In this document: positions 1-12,405 of the stretch, piece by piece
Layout: each line of letters starts with the position of its first letter
Position numbering within the stretch: position 1 is the first letter of the stretch
DNA from: Haliotis rubra
Lineage: Eukaryota
Assembly (NCBI RefSeq): GCF_003918875.1
Contig: NW_025765054.1
Span: forward strand, 62,001-126,000
Direction of reading: 5' to 3'
Length of the DNA: 64,000 nt
The notes under the pieces: model-generated
The model's database searches: none
The model's input: only the letters and a program-made list of their open reading frames with translations
What the model was told of the DNA's origin: nothing
Position numbers and translations under genes: made by a program

Positions 1-243
1 TCACAGTAAAGTATGTCAAGATAATTCAAGGGTTATAGTAAATTCAAAGCAATCGTTCATTCTTAAAAATATTTGCCAAATGTGATGATATGTAATTTTG
101 TCGATTTAAATAACGGGTAATGTGACTGGCAGCAACAAAACGTATAGAATAACAATGTGAAGTCATCAATAAATTTTGAGGGCAACAAAGACAGTGTCAG
201 TTTCCATTTGGAATGTTTGATATTAGTCATTCGCTGATCACAC

Positions 244-378
244 ATTTTCAATGAGACGATCGTTAAGATCTATGTTTATGCAACGCTCGCTGTCAGTTCG
301 AATGCTCCGACAGCTGGGAATGAGGGCTTTTTATCAAGAGAATTGTTCTTGTTCCACCCATTGCTGTCGTAGCGAATG
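244..378 (-). pseudogene. Degenerate partial duplicate of coding exon 1 inside intron 1 of copy 0
   Basis: Translates RYDSNGWNKNNSLDK-(1-nt deletion)-LIPSCRSIRTDSERCINIDLNDRLIEN followed by GTGTGA; aligns to 421-556. Confidence 0.75.
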
Positions 379-420
379 CGTTAGTTCTTTCAGATATTTA
401 TAATCGTAACCTGCTCTCAC

Positions 421-660
421 ATCTTGGAAGAGACGGTCGTTAAGATCTCCATTAATCCAGCGCCCACTGTCAGTCCGAATGCTTCGACATCTTGGGATAA
501 GGGGCTCTTCATCCAGACCATTATGCTTGTTCCATCTGTTACTGTCGTAGCGAGCACTACGTCCCTGCGCCAGCCACTCGGGGTAGATCGTCACAGTTGT
601 GTTGCTCGAAACACTGCCAGTTGGTAGACTCAGTGTGAAAAGAAACAGTGTCCACTTCAT
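421..660 (-). CDS. GH86-like paralog copy 0, first coding exon only (signal peptide + N-terminus); rest of the gene lies before the window start
   Basis: ATG at 660, MKWTLFLFTLSL...RWNKHNGL...RTDSGRW...RLFQD, then donor GTGAGA at 420. Same 240-nt phase-0 exon as the other copies; CAG acceptor 3 nt upstream of the ATG. Confidence 0.85.
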
Positions 661-2780
661 CTTCTGTGATATGTAAAATTAACAATTTAATGATTTGATT
701 TTGGAGATTACAGTAACTGGGCTATCCATTAGAATGGGTAATCCCATTTCGTCATTCATTTTTACTAGGCCGCTACCCAAAAAGAATATCGTCTACGTCT
801 AAGTACAAGTGCAGCTACGTAATTAATTAATTGAGTACATTGATTTTCAAATGCTAAATAATCGTGACCTCGATAATTTCTGAACACTCTTAGATGAAAG
901 ATTATTACACTTTTCAATACATCCCCACAACTTTAATTACCAGTTTCAAAAACTCCAATCATGATAATAGAAATCCACTTGCATAGAAAATAGCTGTGAT
1001 TCAGAGTTCTAGTAGACATAAGAGCCTCTAGTACTGCTAGACGAGGTTCTTTCGCTCACTTTGCCAACAGATTGATTAATCATGGAAACCCTTGTACGTC
1101 ATGACATATATACACAGAAGGAAGGAAAATGTGTGTATATACTCACGAAAACGATTTCCCAAAAGTACCTTTGAATCAATGCTCTTTCGTTGCCCATGGC
1201 TGAATCAACACCTCAGTATATGTGTATCGTTAATATGCGTGTTTCCACAATCATTACCTATCGTTATGGTGACATCAGAAGATTCCAACTAAAGTCATGA
1301 TCACATGGCTCGGAACCGGTCTGTATTCTAGGTCAGCTATCTCTCAACCTATTGTTATTCTTTATTAAATGAATAAACGTTAGTACCTATTAATAATATG
1401 CATTAAGAAACAGATCAAGTGGGACGTTGTCACTTGACACACACGCTTGCTTGGAGATCATCTCAGGTTCAAATCGTAACTTTCGACATATTTTTAAAAA
1501 AGTTAACATTTTTAAAGGTCCAAATAAAGTACCTTAGGTATGAGTATACCTTCATTCTACAATGGCATGTTACATCAAACCATCCTTGTTGCAGAACTGC
1601 AGTCTTGATCCATTCTTTCTGGCACTTCAAGGCAGCAATCTCAAGTGCTAGACTTGCGATGCTATTCCACTATATAGGGATGCCACATCCATACGGTATC
1701 TATGAGACGGTATTTATTAGGGATATAATGTTTCATAACTAGGACAATAGCTTGGATGTTGAAAAGGCTGCTGACATAACGTTCCGATATTGGTGCAGGG
1801 AATATATCCCGGTTATATATGGGGAATAACGAATAGTTTCTAACAACAAAATTCCAACCTTTCAATATGTACCGTCACAAAACCAGGAGAAATACGACTT
1901 ATAGATTGCATCATGAGATTGGAAGATGTGAGAGAGAGTAATTTGTCAGATTCTTGGACTGACCGTTCGAAATTCTAGGTCATCAGTATTTATGCAGAAA
2001 ATGTTTGAATATCAAATTTGACACTATTTACGTAAGTAACTGCCATTGTGTACAACTGACAATATACCTACGTGAACTACACACCCTTGACCCTTTACGA
2101 TATCGTACGACATGTTTTTCTCACAGTATTGTGACTGTAGAGTGTTAATTTTAGACTAACAAAGCTTTGTCATTTTCAACATGTGAAATATAAATGTTTA
2201 AATGCCTGTATCCACAATGTGCTTCAACATAAAGTGACAAGCTGTAACTTTCACATAACGGATCAAAATATAAAGAAAATGGCTAGCAGTGCGGAATGGC
2301 GAGGTGAAATGTGGTTCAACGTTAACCGTGGGGAAATCAGTGAGTTAGCTGTATATTTTAATCTCATCTCATTTACCACTTCGTTATGCTCGGATATTTC
2401 ATCTAGTTGTGACAACATGCAAGAATCATCACTTTATAATGTGCTGGGAGAGAACTGATGGAAGATTATCAAGTCGTCCTTAAGAATACATAATGTGTTC
2501 ATTATCTGTCCTGTGGCACGTGTCAGTGTTGTAAATAAGTGTCCAAAAGCATCTTCAGGTCATAAGGAAACACCATTCCCCCAAAACATTATCCAATTTG
2601 TACTCAAACGCTGTAGGAGTTTAACAGTTAACTGGCATAAACATTGGTCTATAGCTGGCAAGCACCTGCCACCCAATACATTACTATTAACATATTTACA
2701 TGAACAACTAATATGCATGATACTTTATCACAGTCATGTTCTCTTTAATCAAATCAATGCAATGTTATTTCAGTATCTTA

Positions 2781-5530
2781 TCATTTTATGTCGGATGGGA
2801 CAAGTCTGGCAGCGACAAGAGCTACCGAAGTCACATAACCGTTCTCCTGGTTGGAGAAGTTAACCTGGACCTGGATAGAAGTAGAGTTCAACAAGTTAGG
2901 AGGATTCTCAAACTCCCAAACGTCCATGTTTGTATACATGTCACTGTTGTGTCTATCTGAGTCATACAGCTTGAAGAAGGAGTCAAGAGTTTGGTTGTTG
3001 AGGGTGACAGATTTCACATCGTTGGTTTCAGTAGTGAGCCAACTGGTTGAAACTCGCAGATTCGCGCTTTGGATTTCGCCAACCGGAAGTGATATGGTTG
3101 TAACAGCGATGTTGTCCTTGATAGGTATAATAACATCTGTTCCGTAATATGTCGTTTCATTGAGAGTGACTTTAGGTTGTTGGTCTGACGGGATCTTGAA
3201 TGTAAAGCGACATGTTGCTTCAGGAGGAAGTTCAACCATTCCTTGAGTTTTCCCGATGTCAATGGGTTCGTTGAAGGTCATGACCGGGTACCAGTTGTCC
3301 TTGATGGTGATACAAGTAGCTTCGCCCGTGGTCGGTGTGATCCAGTCGTCTTGGAAAATTAGCTTAACGGTTTGTGACTCTTGTGAATAGCTGTGAAGGA
3401 GAATGACGGTTTCATTCTTCAAAGGACTGGCCATTGCTAGCGGTGACACAGTTCGTTCTTGTCCGTCCGATTGGCTGGAGGTTCTGATGAAGGAGTACTC
3501 TGACGTAAAATTGTACCAAAACTTGAAAACGTCGACCAAACGTGTGGCATTCCCTTGCTGGGTGAAAAGTGAAAAGTTGAGACTGTCATGTCCTGACGTT
3601 GCTCGTTAGATAAACAAAACACCACTGTTCTATCAATGTATTCTCTGAGACCAAGTTGGGTGAATCGGTGGCCATTGATGCAATATATTGTTGAAAAATC
3701 GACTATACCCGATGGAGCATCTTTGCTAATACCTTCTACTTTCCCGCGACCATATTCACTGATAATGATGGGAATAGATTTTCCTTTCTTTCGATGGACA
3801 TAGCTTTCAAGGAGGTCGACAAATGCTACCAAACGGGCTTCATTATTTCCAGTGAATTTGTGAGTTTTCCCCGAAACAACTAGTGAGTTGTATGAATGAA
3901 AGGAAAATACATCTAACTCATCTAATGCGATGTCTAGAAACTGTACCAGTTTTGGCCAGAAGGAGAAGTTATTTCTGTCTACGTCTGTATTATACCCTGT
4001 CATTGTTGGACCCGCCACTTTGATGTTAAATCTGGAATGGAGTTTCTCAGCAACTGCTTTATGATAGACGCTAACAGTGGTGCTGAAATTCATGATGTCC
4101 CCTTTAACATCTGGTTCATTGACGACTTCAAAGTAGGGCGGTATCTGACCTTGTGTGTAGTCATAAACTCCTTGCACCATTAACATTATGAACTCTGCAG
4201 CAGCATCGACGTTGTTTGGGAAATGACCTTGATGTTCTGGCTGGTTCATCCAGTTGGGCCAATTAAGAGCTGAAAAATATGAATGAACAACACATGGATA
4301 CATACTGTTGCAGTGACGTTCTTCTTTTCATCGAAATGTACTCGAATTATAATAACGGATATGGATGCCTCCCGGACACTTATATTTATATCACATGTGC
4401 AGGAGTTTTTGGTGGAGTCCGGAAAATTTTCAAATATAAGAAAGCTGTTGGGTATTAGTAAATGATAAACATGTGTACTATTTATATTTCTGTGGCAGTT
4501 TTGTACAATGATCAAATTTGCAATTCATCGGTCCGTTTCTGACTCAAACGGACTGTATGTACCACCAGTACATTTCTTATCTTTGAGTGGCATTTTAGAA
4601 GTTGGGAAGTACTTTCCATAAAGTTTGTTCTATATAGTACATTTCTTTTTTTCAGGATGCACTTACATGTGGACACCATGATCATTTCGTTCTTGTACCC
4701 ACTGTTAATGTTGGCAAGATACGTGGAGAACAGTTCCTGTTGCTTGGTGACGTTCTTCAGGTAGTTCGGGTCTGGGTAGCCACTACGGTTAGGGTCCTGT
4801 GGCCACTACAAAATAAACGATTTCCATGGATGATTGTCACTGTCGATTTGCTAAAATTACATGTGTGGAAATACTAATGTAGATATTTCTAATCGTGTTT
4901 ATACGAAAAGAATGATTATACCATAGATACTTATTCACAAACAACATACACGTACAGATTCTAATAAATCTGAGCAATGTATTTCAAACACCACTGAATA
5001 TTCCTGCCAAATAACCAACCCAAACATGACCAACATCCATCCTTCAGTTAAATGTCTATCCAAGTAACAATGGATCAATGACTCCAATTAATAATATATA
5101 GATCGAAACAATATATCAATGCGATATGGTTTTACAGGGATAAATGGAAATTCAATGAAAAGAACATAATGTTATGCATGTAAAGTCAAAACAATATGTA
5201 ATGGTTATATTGTTATAATACAGCAAATCTGATTCAACATCTCGTTCTGCAAATGTTGCATACAGGCATACATAGGAACAAAAGTCTCACATCTAGAAAG
5301 AGATTATCATGTATATCTCTATTCATCCAGCGTCCGCTGTCAGTCCGAATACTGCGACAACATGGTATCAGGTATTCATGTTCCAGACCATTGTGCTTGC
5401 TCCATCTGTCAGGTTCATAGCGAACATTACCTCCCTTTGCCAGCCACTGAGGATAGATTGTCACAGTCGTGTTACTGTATACATTGGTTATCGATAGACT
5501 CAAAATGAAAACAACTGGCGTCCATCCCAT
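2781..5530 (-). pseudogene. GH86-like beta-porphyranase/agarase paralog copy 1, frameshifted
   Basis: Exons 5530-5291, 4805-4667, 4269-2781 with GT-AG ends. A 1-nt deletion near 3593 (cgt cag gac vs cgt caa gga c in copy 2) splits exon 3 into ORFs 3437-4303 and 2781-3539. Could be an assembly indel. Confidence 0.8.
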
Positions 5531-5589
5531 TTTCCCTGATATGTAGTATTTCCCAACACAGGTCAAAACTCGTTCAGTTGGAAGAGACA

Positions 5590-5640
5590 GTGTCTTATAG
5601 ATCAGACGTTTGCCGCTGATAAGATATCGCTGACCTTGCT
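5590..5640 (-). promoter_or_regulatory. Putative core promoter of copy 1 (TATA-like CTATAAG, GATA site, CAAGGTCA nuclear-receptor site)
   Basis: Plus strand cttatag 5594-5600, tgataag 5617-5623, tgaccttg ~5631-5638; same block upstream of copies 2 (~15005-15050) and 3 (~23650-23695). Confidence 0.45.
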
Positions 5641-5787
5641 ACACCACACTATTGGAGCGTGTTCAGTTGCACAGGGTCAACTGTTATTCAGGTTTGTCAG
5701 TAGGGCTGACTATTCTATATCTGATTATACATATACATGGTTTACGGTAATGCACTATTTTCGCCCACCCACCAACATGGCCCTAAC

Positions 5788-6680
5788 AAATGAGCTGAAG
5801 CTCAATGATGATAAGACTGAGGCTATGTTGATTGGCACATCGCAATGTCTGAAAAGGATAAACTCTACGGACATCACAGTAGCCAACTCAGATATCCCAC
5901 TTTCATCCAGTGTAAAAAACCTAGGTGTTCATCTTGATCCTTGTCTCACCATGGAGCAACATGTGAACCATCTCTGTAGAGTAGGCTACTTCCATCTCCA
6001 CTCTATTGGAAACATCCGCCATCTTGTAACCACAGATGCTGCTAAAGTTCTCACTCAGTCACTTGTTCTCTCCAGGATTGACTATTGCAATAGCCTACTG
6101 TTTGGAATCTCCAATGATCTTCTCTTCAGACTTCAAAAACTTCAGAATGCTGCCGCCAGAGTTGTCACTAAAACATCCAAATGGACTCACATAACCCCAA
6201 TCCTCCAGAGTCTGCATTGGCTGCCGGTTGAAGCAAGAATTCATTTCAAGATCTGCACTCTTGTTTTCCGCTGCAAACACGGCCTAGCTCCTCCATACCT
6301 CTCTGAGATGTTGTCAACATATATGCCTGCCCGTTCTCTCCGCTCTCAGAATCAACATCTTCTCTCAGTTCCCCAAGTTCGTCTCAAACACTTTGGCCAT
6401 AGGTCATTCAAATTTGCAGCACCAACCCTATGGAACAGTCTTCCTACTCCCATAAAAAATGCTTCATCCCTAGAAGCATTCAAATCGGGACTCAAAACCT
6501 TCCTCTTCAAAAAAGTCTACAACCTATAACTGTAAAATACTCTCACGGTTATTTTTGGCTAATTGTCATATCTTCTTCTTGAACTCTAGTGACTCTTTTT
6601 ATATGTAGCGCTTTGAGCATGCTCTGGATGGACTATGGCGCATAAGAAATATCCATTTATTATTATTATTATTATTATTA
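5788..6680 (+). mobile_element. 5'-truncated L2/Crack-type LINE (C-terminal ORF2 + 3' UTR + (TTA)n tail)
   Basis: LKLNDDKTE...VKNLGV.LD...SRIDYCNSLL...LQNAAAR...HITPIL..LHWLPV; 3' stem-loop gcgctttgag...ggcgc; (tta)n tail. Empty site present upstream of copy 2 (~15212). Confidence 0.9.
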
Positions 6681-7054
6681 ACCAAACAAACTACAAGTAC
6701 ACCGATAGATTACGAAGACTATATTGACGGAGATTACACATATGTCTTTAAAGATGGATTTGGCGATGATGGGATCGACTCATTACTTGAAATAGGTGTT
6801 AATACATGCAAACAGCATAGAAACAGAGAAACAAATATTCAGTCGAACAAGATCAAAACATCGTCTGCTTTCAGAATAAAAATGCAGCAAGAAACATTTG
6901 TTTACGTTGATTCAGTGGTATGTCAAAACAGATTAAGGAGCTGACTGTTACATAATTGCATTTTTTAATTTATTATCAGCTTTCGTTGACGATATCGCCA
7001 CAAATTTTGATCCGGCAACTGAGGATACATTAACATGGAACACCGAAGAAACGC

Positions 7055-8280
7055 GAGTGAGGGAGTTAAAATTTTACATCGCATCGGCAATATTACAGCC
7101 ATATAGCGATGAAAACAAGGTAATCATTTTAAAATATCTGTCGACAAAGGAGAGTAAAACCAACTAGACTATCCCAGATATATATTTAAAACTAGTAATT
7201 AAATCTAAAATACTTTAACTATTGAGGACGATACAATATAAAAACAGGCTATAGATCGCCAACAACTGAAGGTAGATCACCACACTAGGGTCCATGGGGA
7301 CTTACAGTGCCTTTGCTACCTGCATGGACCCTTGTTGGATTTACACACCCCTTCAGCCGCTGACGATTGTAGGAAAAGATAAGCCGAATTTTAAAAGAAC
7401 AAATATACTACGTTTAAAAATCTGGTAAGGTTAAATTGAACTTGGAAAGTTTTAAGGATATGTACCCTCTCAGGAAATTGGGTTATGAGTGAGTTAATAT
7501 TTAACGGCACATCGGCAATATCTCATCCATATCGTGACGAAAACAATTTATACAATACAAAGTGAAAACATTTTGAACATTAAAACCTGTCGACGATGGA
7601 CAGTAAAAATACTAGAGAATCACAGACATGAATATAAAACTAGCGAGCAAAGCTGAAATATTCCAGTTAAAGAAGACAATACAGTATAAAACACGGGCTA
7701 TAGATCGCCAACAACTGAAGGTAGATCACCATACTAGGTGAGTGAGTGAGTTAAAATTTAACGTCACATCGGCAATATTTCAGCCATATCGTGACGAGAA
7801 CATTTGCACCATACTAGGAACCATGGGGACTTACATTACTTTTGCTACCTGCATGGACCCTAGCTGGATATATACCATCCCTTCAGCCGCTGGCGATTGT
7901 AGGAATATTTAGCCGTCAGTTAAAAGAACAAAAATACTATGATTAAAATGTGGCAAATTTACATTTTACTTTGAAAGTTTTGGGACTTACGTACCCTCTC
8001 AAGAGGACAATAATTTTACAGTACTTTAACCCCCTTTGAGGGCACAGCCACTAACAATCTAATCTAAACTACCAATTATCAAATATATATCTATTAACAA
8101 ACTATTCATCAAAATTTATCTGGCAATTCTATTTCTTTTAAAAATTCAATGATTAAATGATAATTAACATTAAAAAGATCCGTCACTGTTTTAACATTAA
8201 AATATTTATCCAGTGTGATGGCAAACTCAATACAGTAAAGCAAAACATGCTTGACTGTGACTTTTTCATCACAAGGGAAG
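7055..8280 (-). mobile_element. Stacked 3' ends of an I-clade/Nimb-like LINE with (ACTC)n tails
   Basis: Minus strand ~8277-8107 translates PCDEKVTVKHVLLYCIEF...KYF...DLF...IIEFLKEIEL (CCHC-type C-terminus of I-clade ORF2), then the 3' UTR seen many times in the window. Confidence 0.75.
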
Positions 8281-8800
8281 TTGGGTTATGAATTCAAACA
8301 AAATGACATATTTATGAGAAATATGTACTGGTCCAAATTTAGCGGTAGTATACCACATTAAATTACAGAAACTGCAAAATTCATTTAAAACCGTTCTGTT
8401 ATTTTTCTAATAGATATAATATCGTTGAAAAAATCATTTAGCCTCGTCACGATCCCTCTTGTCCATTACACTGCTTGATCTACTTACACTCACACACTTT
8501 CACACATGTGTGTATATATAATGGTTACAATATCCACTCTTAATTAGGTCGGACGACAGACACGTATTCATGCACAAAAGACATACATGTAAGTAAATAT
8601 GTCTTGTTTTAATCATATTATTGTCAACTGAGAAAAAAACGATTTAAGACAATTGTTGTCATTGCTCTATGTCTCAGGTAAAAATATTTTTGACGATGTC
8701 TACTGAAGAAATGTATCCCTCCATCATGATGTTGCAGAAATATACTCTGACCACATTATACACGATTTCGGTGAATATCAAGAATACCCAAACTCTAAAC

Positions 8801-10088
8801 TCGGTTCATAATTATTGAGAATTTTTCATGTCAGTTTGAACTCCTAGGTTTATTCATGAGCTCCACTGATGATGGAATTCTGCTATCAGTTCAAGAGAGG
8901 AAACTCCTGTCTTTCTAGACATGTCAGATTAGAGTTACCTCCCCTGAAATTTAAGCAGAAGACATTTTCCAAAACAATGTCCAAAATGGCTGCTGAAGAG
9001 AAAAGAAGGTTGATTTTAGATAGATTACAATGGACGTATCACTGATGTCCATAAACTGTCAGAAAGAGCAGACACTCCTCTATCAACTGTGTACAGGGTT
9101 AAGAAGAATGTTGAGAGTGGAGCTGGAATTGAGCACAAGAAAGGAGCAGGGAGGCCAAGAAAAGTGGAATTTGGAGATCGGGTCAGACTTGTTATTTTGG
9201 CTTTATCTATATCCAAGTAAAGTATATCCAACATCAGGTATGAGATGCTAAATAGAGGGTCACCTAGTTTCTAAATCCACTATCAGACGAAGTTTAATTG
9301 ATCTTGGATGGGAGAAAAAGAGGGGAACGCCGACTCCAGACATGAAAGACAGACATAAGGAAAACCGTGTTTTGTGGTGTCAGGACCATGAAAACTTTGA
9401 CTGGAGCAACATGATTTTCACTGATGAAAGTTCAGTCTGGGTGTATCCTAATAATGTTAAGATGTGGACAAAATCTGATTCAGCACCGGCGTACCACAGG
9501 CCGAAATACAGTCCCAAGTTTCATGTGTTGGGTGGAGTGTCGTTACTGGGAACAACTCCTTTGTAAGTGTTTGAGGGAAATGTGACTAGTGAACGGTACA
9601 CAGACATTCTTGAGAACTTTCTTCTTCCAAATGCAGGAGTCTTTTGTGGGAATGATTGGATTTTGCAACAGGCCAATGACCTAAAACACACGGCAAAGCA
9701 TTTTAAATAGTGGTCCCAAGAGAAAAACGTGACATTGCTCCCATTTCCCAGCTACAGCCAGGATCTGAATCCCATTGAGAACATTTGGGGGATGATGAAA
9801 GAGAATGTCAACCAAAAGGGACTCAGCAAACTTGAAGACATGAAGAGAGAGGTAGTGCGATATTGGGACAGTATCCCCCATGAAACTCTAACCTCTCTGA
9901 TAGCGAGTATGCCTACCCGCATTAGACTGTGAAAGGAAAGTAACGGGGATCTGATAAAATATTAATTTGATACCTGCAGAAATCCACAGGGTATGTACAC
10001 GTATTGACTACTGAGTAATTTCAGATTTCACTCATTATATGCTTTTTAGTAACGTTCGTGGGATTCTCAATAATTATGAACCGAACTG
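8801..10088 (+). mobile_element. Tc1/mariner DNA transposon with degenerate transposase (~8977-9960)
   Basis: TIRs tcggttcataattattgagaat (8801-8822) and attctcaataattatgaaccgaactg (10063-10088) followed by TA; IFTDES, QQ(A)ND.KH and S.DLNPIEN motifs broken by stops. Empty site at ~20156-20163. Confidence 0.9.
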
Positions 10089-10425
10089 TAGGTGTCGCCC
10101 ACACTTCTGCCAGACTGATGCAATATATATCGGTGACATGAAGAGGTTAAAGTTGCAGATGACAGGAATATACATGCAAAGGTAGTTGTCCCATGTTGTA
10201 TTTCGTACGAAAAACCGCATCGAGCTTGCTTAAATTGCCCAGAAGCATGTGGTTGTCTCAGAAACGGTACTGGAATCTTCATAATCCGCGACACACATCA
10301 CATTATCGTGTGCAGAGGGAGAATTGCTAAACGATTATCAAGTCGTCCTTTAGAACAAACACAGATTTGCCCCCATGTGTACATAATGTGTTCATCATTC
10401 TTTACTGCGGAATGTGTCAATGTTG

Positions 10426-11535
10426 CAGACATGGGTTCAATTACTTTGAAATGTAATTAATTAAATTACAATTACTTTGATTTTCCTCAATTACAATTAC
10501 AAATACAATTACACCTTAAATTCAAATGTAATTAATTAAATTACAATTACATTACCAATGTAATCAATTACATTACAAATTACTTTGTTAAAAAAAACCA
10601 AAACAAATATATTTCTGTATTCCTTTAATCAACAACATATCGATGTTGGTAAGCAGAGGTCACTAAATCCAATTAATATTTTTGTCATCAAAAAGTGAAA
10701 TGCAAAAGTAGATTATATCTACAATGTACACTATTTGATCAAATTTGTATTTTGCATATTTCTTTGGGCTTATTATCAAATACCCACCTCTATCATCTCT
10801 TGTTGCAAAAAACACTTTGTCCACCACTGTTACCTTAGGTGTACTGTATCATGACATCATTACAGGCCTACATTACAATATATAATCAGCCGGTCTCTCT
10901 ATCTGACATAATCCACATTAACATACTAAAGGATTTGTCAACTTGGATTTATGGCTTATTACCTTTCATGATTATAAAAATAGGACTACAGTTCAGCAGA
11001 GACCATATAATATTATATGGTCTCTGAGTTCAGTAAGATTTTGAATATCATATCCTATGAGAAATAAACAAAGAGGCCATTTTGATAGGAACTTGACTAA
11101 TAGTACTGTTAATCCCCCATTTCCTCAAATACCAACCTACATTCAGTCATGCGTTACTGATTCCCTTTGTTTCACAAATGTGCAGATGGTGATAGTTACA
11201 AAGGCTTAGACATTCAAATCTCTTTCAAAACTTAACACCTGCTAGAGTATATACCGTCAACAAGCATCTTCTTGAAAAACACTGCTTTGTCCTCCTTATT
11301 GTACAGAATATAATTGCAAGGGTTGCCTGATGACCACCAAAATAAAAAAGTGAGATGTAATTTGATGTAATTGAATAAGTAATTGAAAAATTCAATTACA
11401 TTGAGATATTAATTAATTAAATTACAATTACAAATTACATTTTAAACATTCAATTACAAATTACATGCAATTACATAGATTTTTGTAATTAATTACATTC
11501 AATTACAATTACAAATTACAATTACCCCATGTCTG
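10426..11535. mobile_element. Non-autonomous hAT-type element
   Basis: TIR CAGACATGGG / CCCATGTCTG; exact 8-bp TSD caatgttg (10418-10425, 11536-11543); subterminal arrays of aattac/attaca. Single caatgttg at the paralogous site ~20504. Confidence 0.85.
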
Positions 11536-11785
11536 CAATGTTGTAGTTGTAATAATTGTCCAAAAGCACCTTCCGTTCATAAGGAAACAACTGTATTGGT
11601 TTTTCCATCACAAGGAATAAATATTTTAGTGTCAAAACAATTAAGCATCTTTTTTATAATGTAAATTATCATTTAATAATTGGTTTTAACAAAAATGGAA
11701 ATATTGGATAAATTGTGAACAATATGTTTTGTAAATAGATAAATGCTTTTTTATAAATGGTAGTTTCAATCAGCAACTGCGATTA

Positions 11786-12250
11786 TTAGTGGCTGTATCC
11801 TCAAAGGGGGTTAAAGTATCGTAAAACTGTTGCCCTCATAAGAGGATACGTAAGTCCCCAAAACGTTCACAGTCAATTTCGCTCAGCCATACTTTTGTTA
11901 TTTTAATTTACGACTAAATTTTCCTACCATCGCCAGCGGCTGAAGGAATGGTGTATATCCAGCTGGGTCAATGCAGGTAGCAAAGGTACTGTAAGTCTCC
12001 ATGGTTCCTAGTATGGTGATCTACCTTCAGATTTATAGCCCGTGTTTTATATTGTATTGTCTTCATTAAATAAAATGTTTTAGCTTTCCATGCTAGTTTT
12101 ATATTCATATCTGTGATACTCTAGTAGTTTTACTGTTCATCGTCGACAGGTTTACTTTCCCAAATGTTTTCACTTTAAATTGTATAAATTGTTTTCGTCA
12201 CGATATGGCTGAGATATTGCCGATGGGACGCTAAATATTAACTCATTCAT
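11786..12250 (+). mobile_element. I-clade/Nimb-like LINE 3' UTR fragment
   Basis: Reverse complement of the 7487-8050 repeat, ending ...gctgagatattgccgatgggacgctaaatattaactcattc. Confidence 0.7.
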
Positions 12251-12405
12251 GTAAGTGTTTAACAGTTAACTGGTATACATATTGTTCCATAGCTAGCAAA
12301 CACCTGCTACTGAATACCTTAGTACTGACACAACAACAAATATGCATGATACATTATCTCATGACATTGTTCTTCTTATTGAAATCAGTGCAATGATTGT
12401 GAGCA

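Noticed and set aside
3437-3620. Programmed frameshifting joining the two ORFs of copy 1
   Set aside because: A simple 1-nt deletion relative to intact paralogs, with no slippery site conserved across copies.
5636-5787. N-terminal part of the 297-aa ORF as genuine protein
   Set aside because: It is host upstream sequence shared with copy 2, in frame with the truncated LINE by chance.
10440-11525. CRISPR-like or satellite array of aattac units
   Set aside because: Irregular subterminal repeats of the hAT element, with no repeat-spacer periodicity, in a eukaryotic context.
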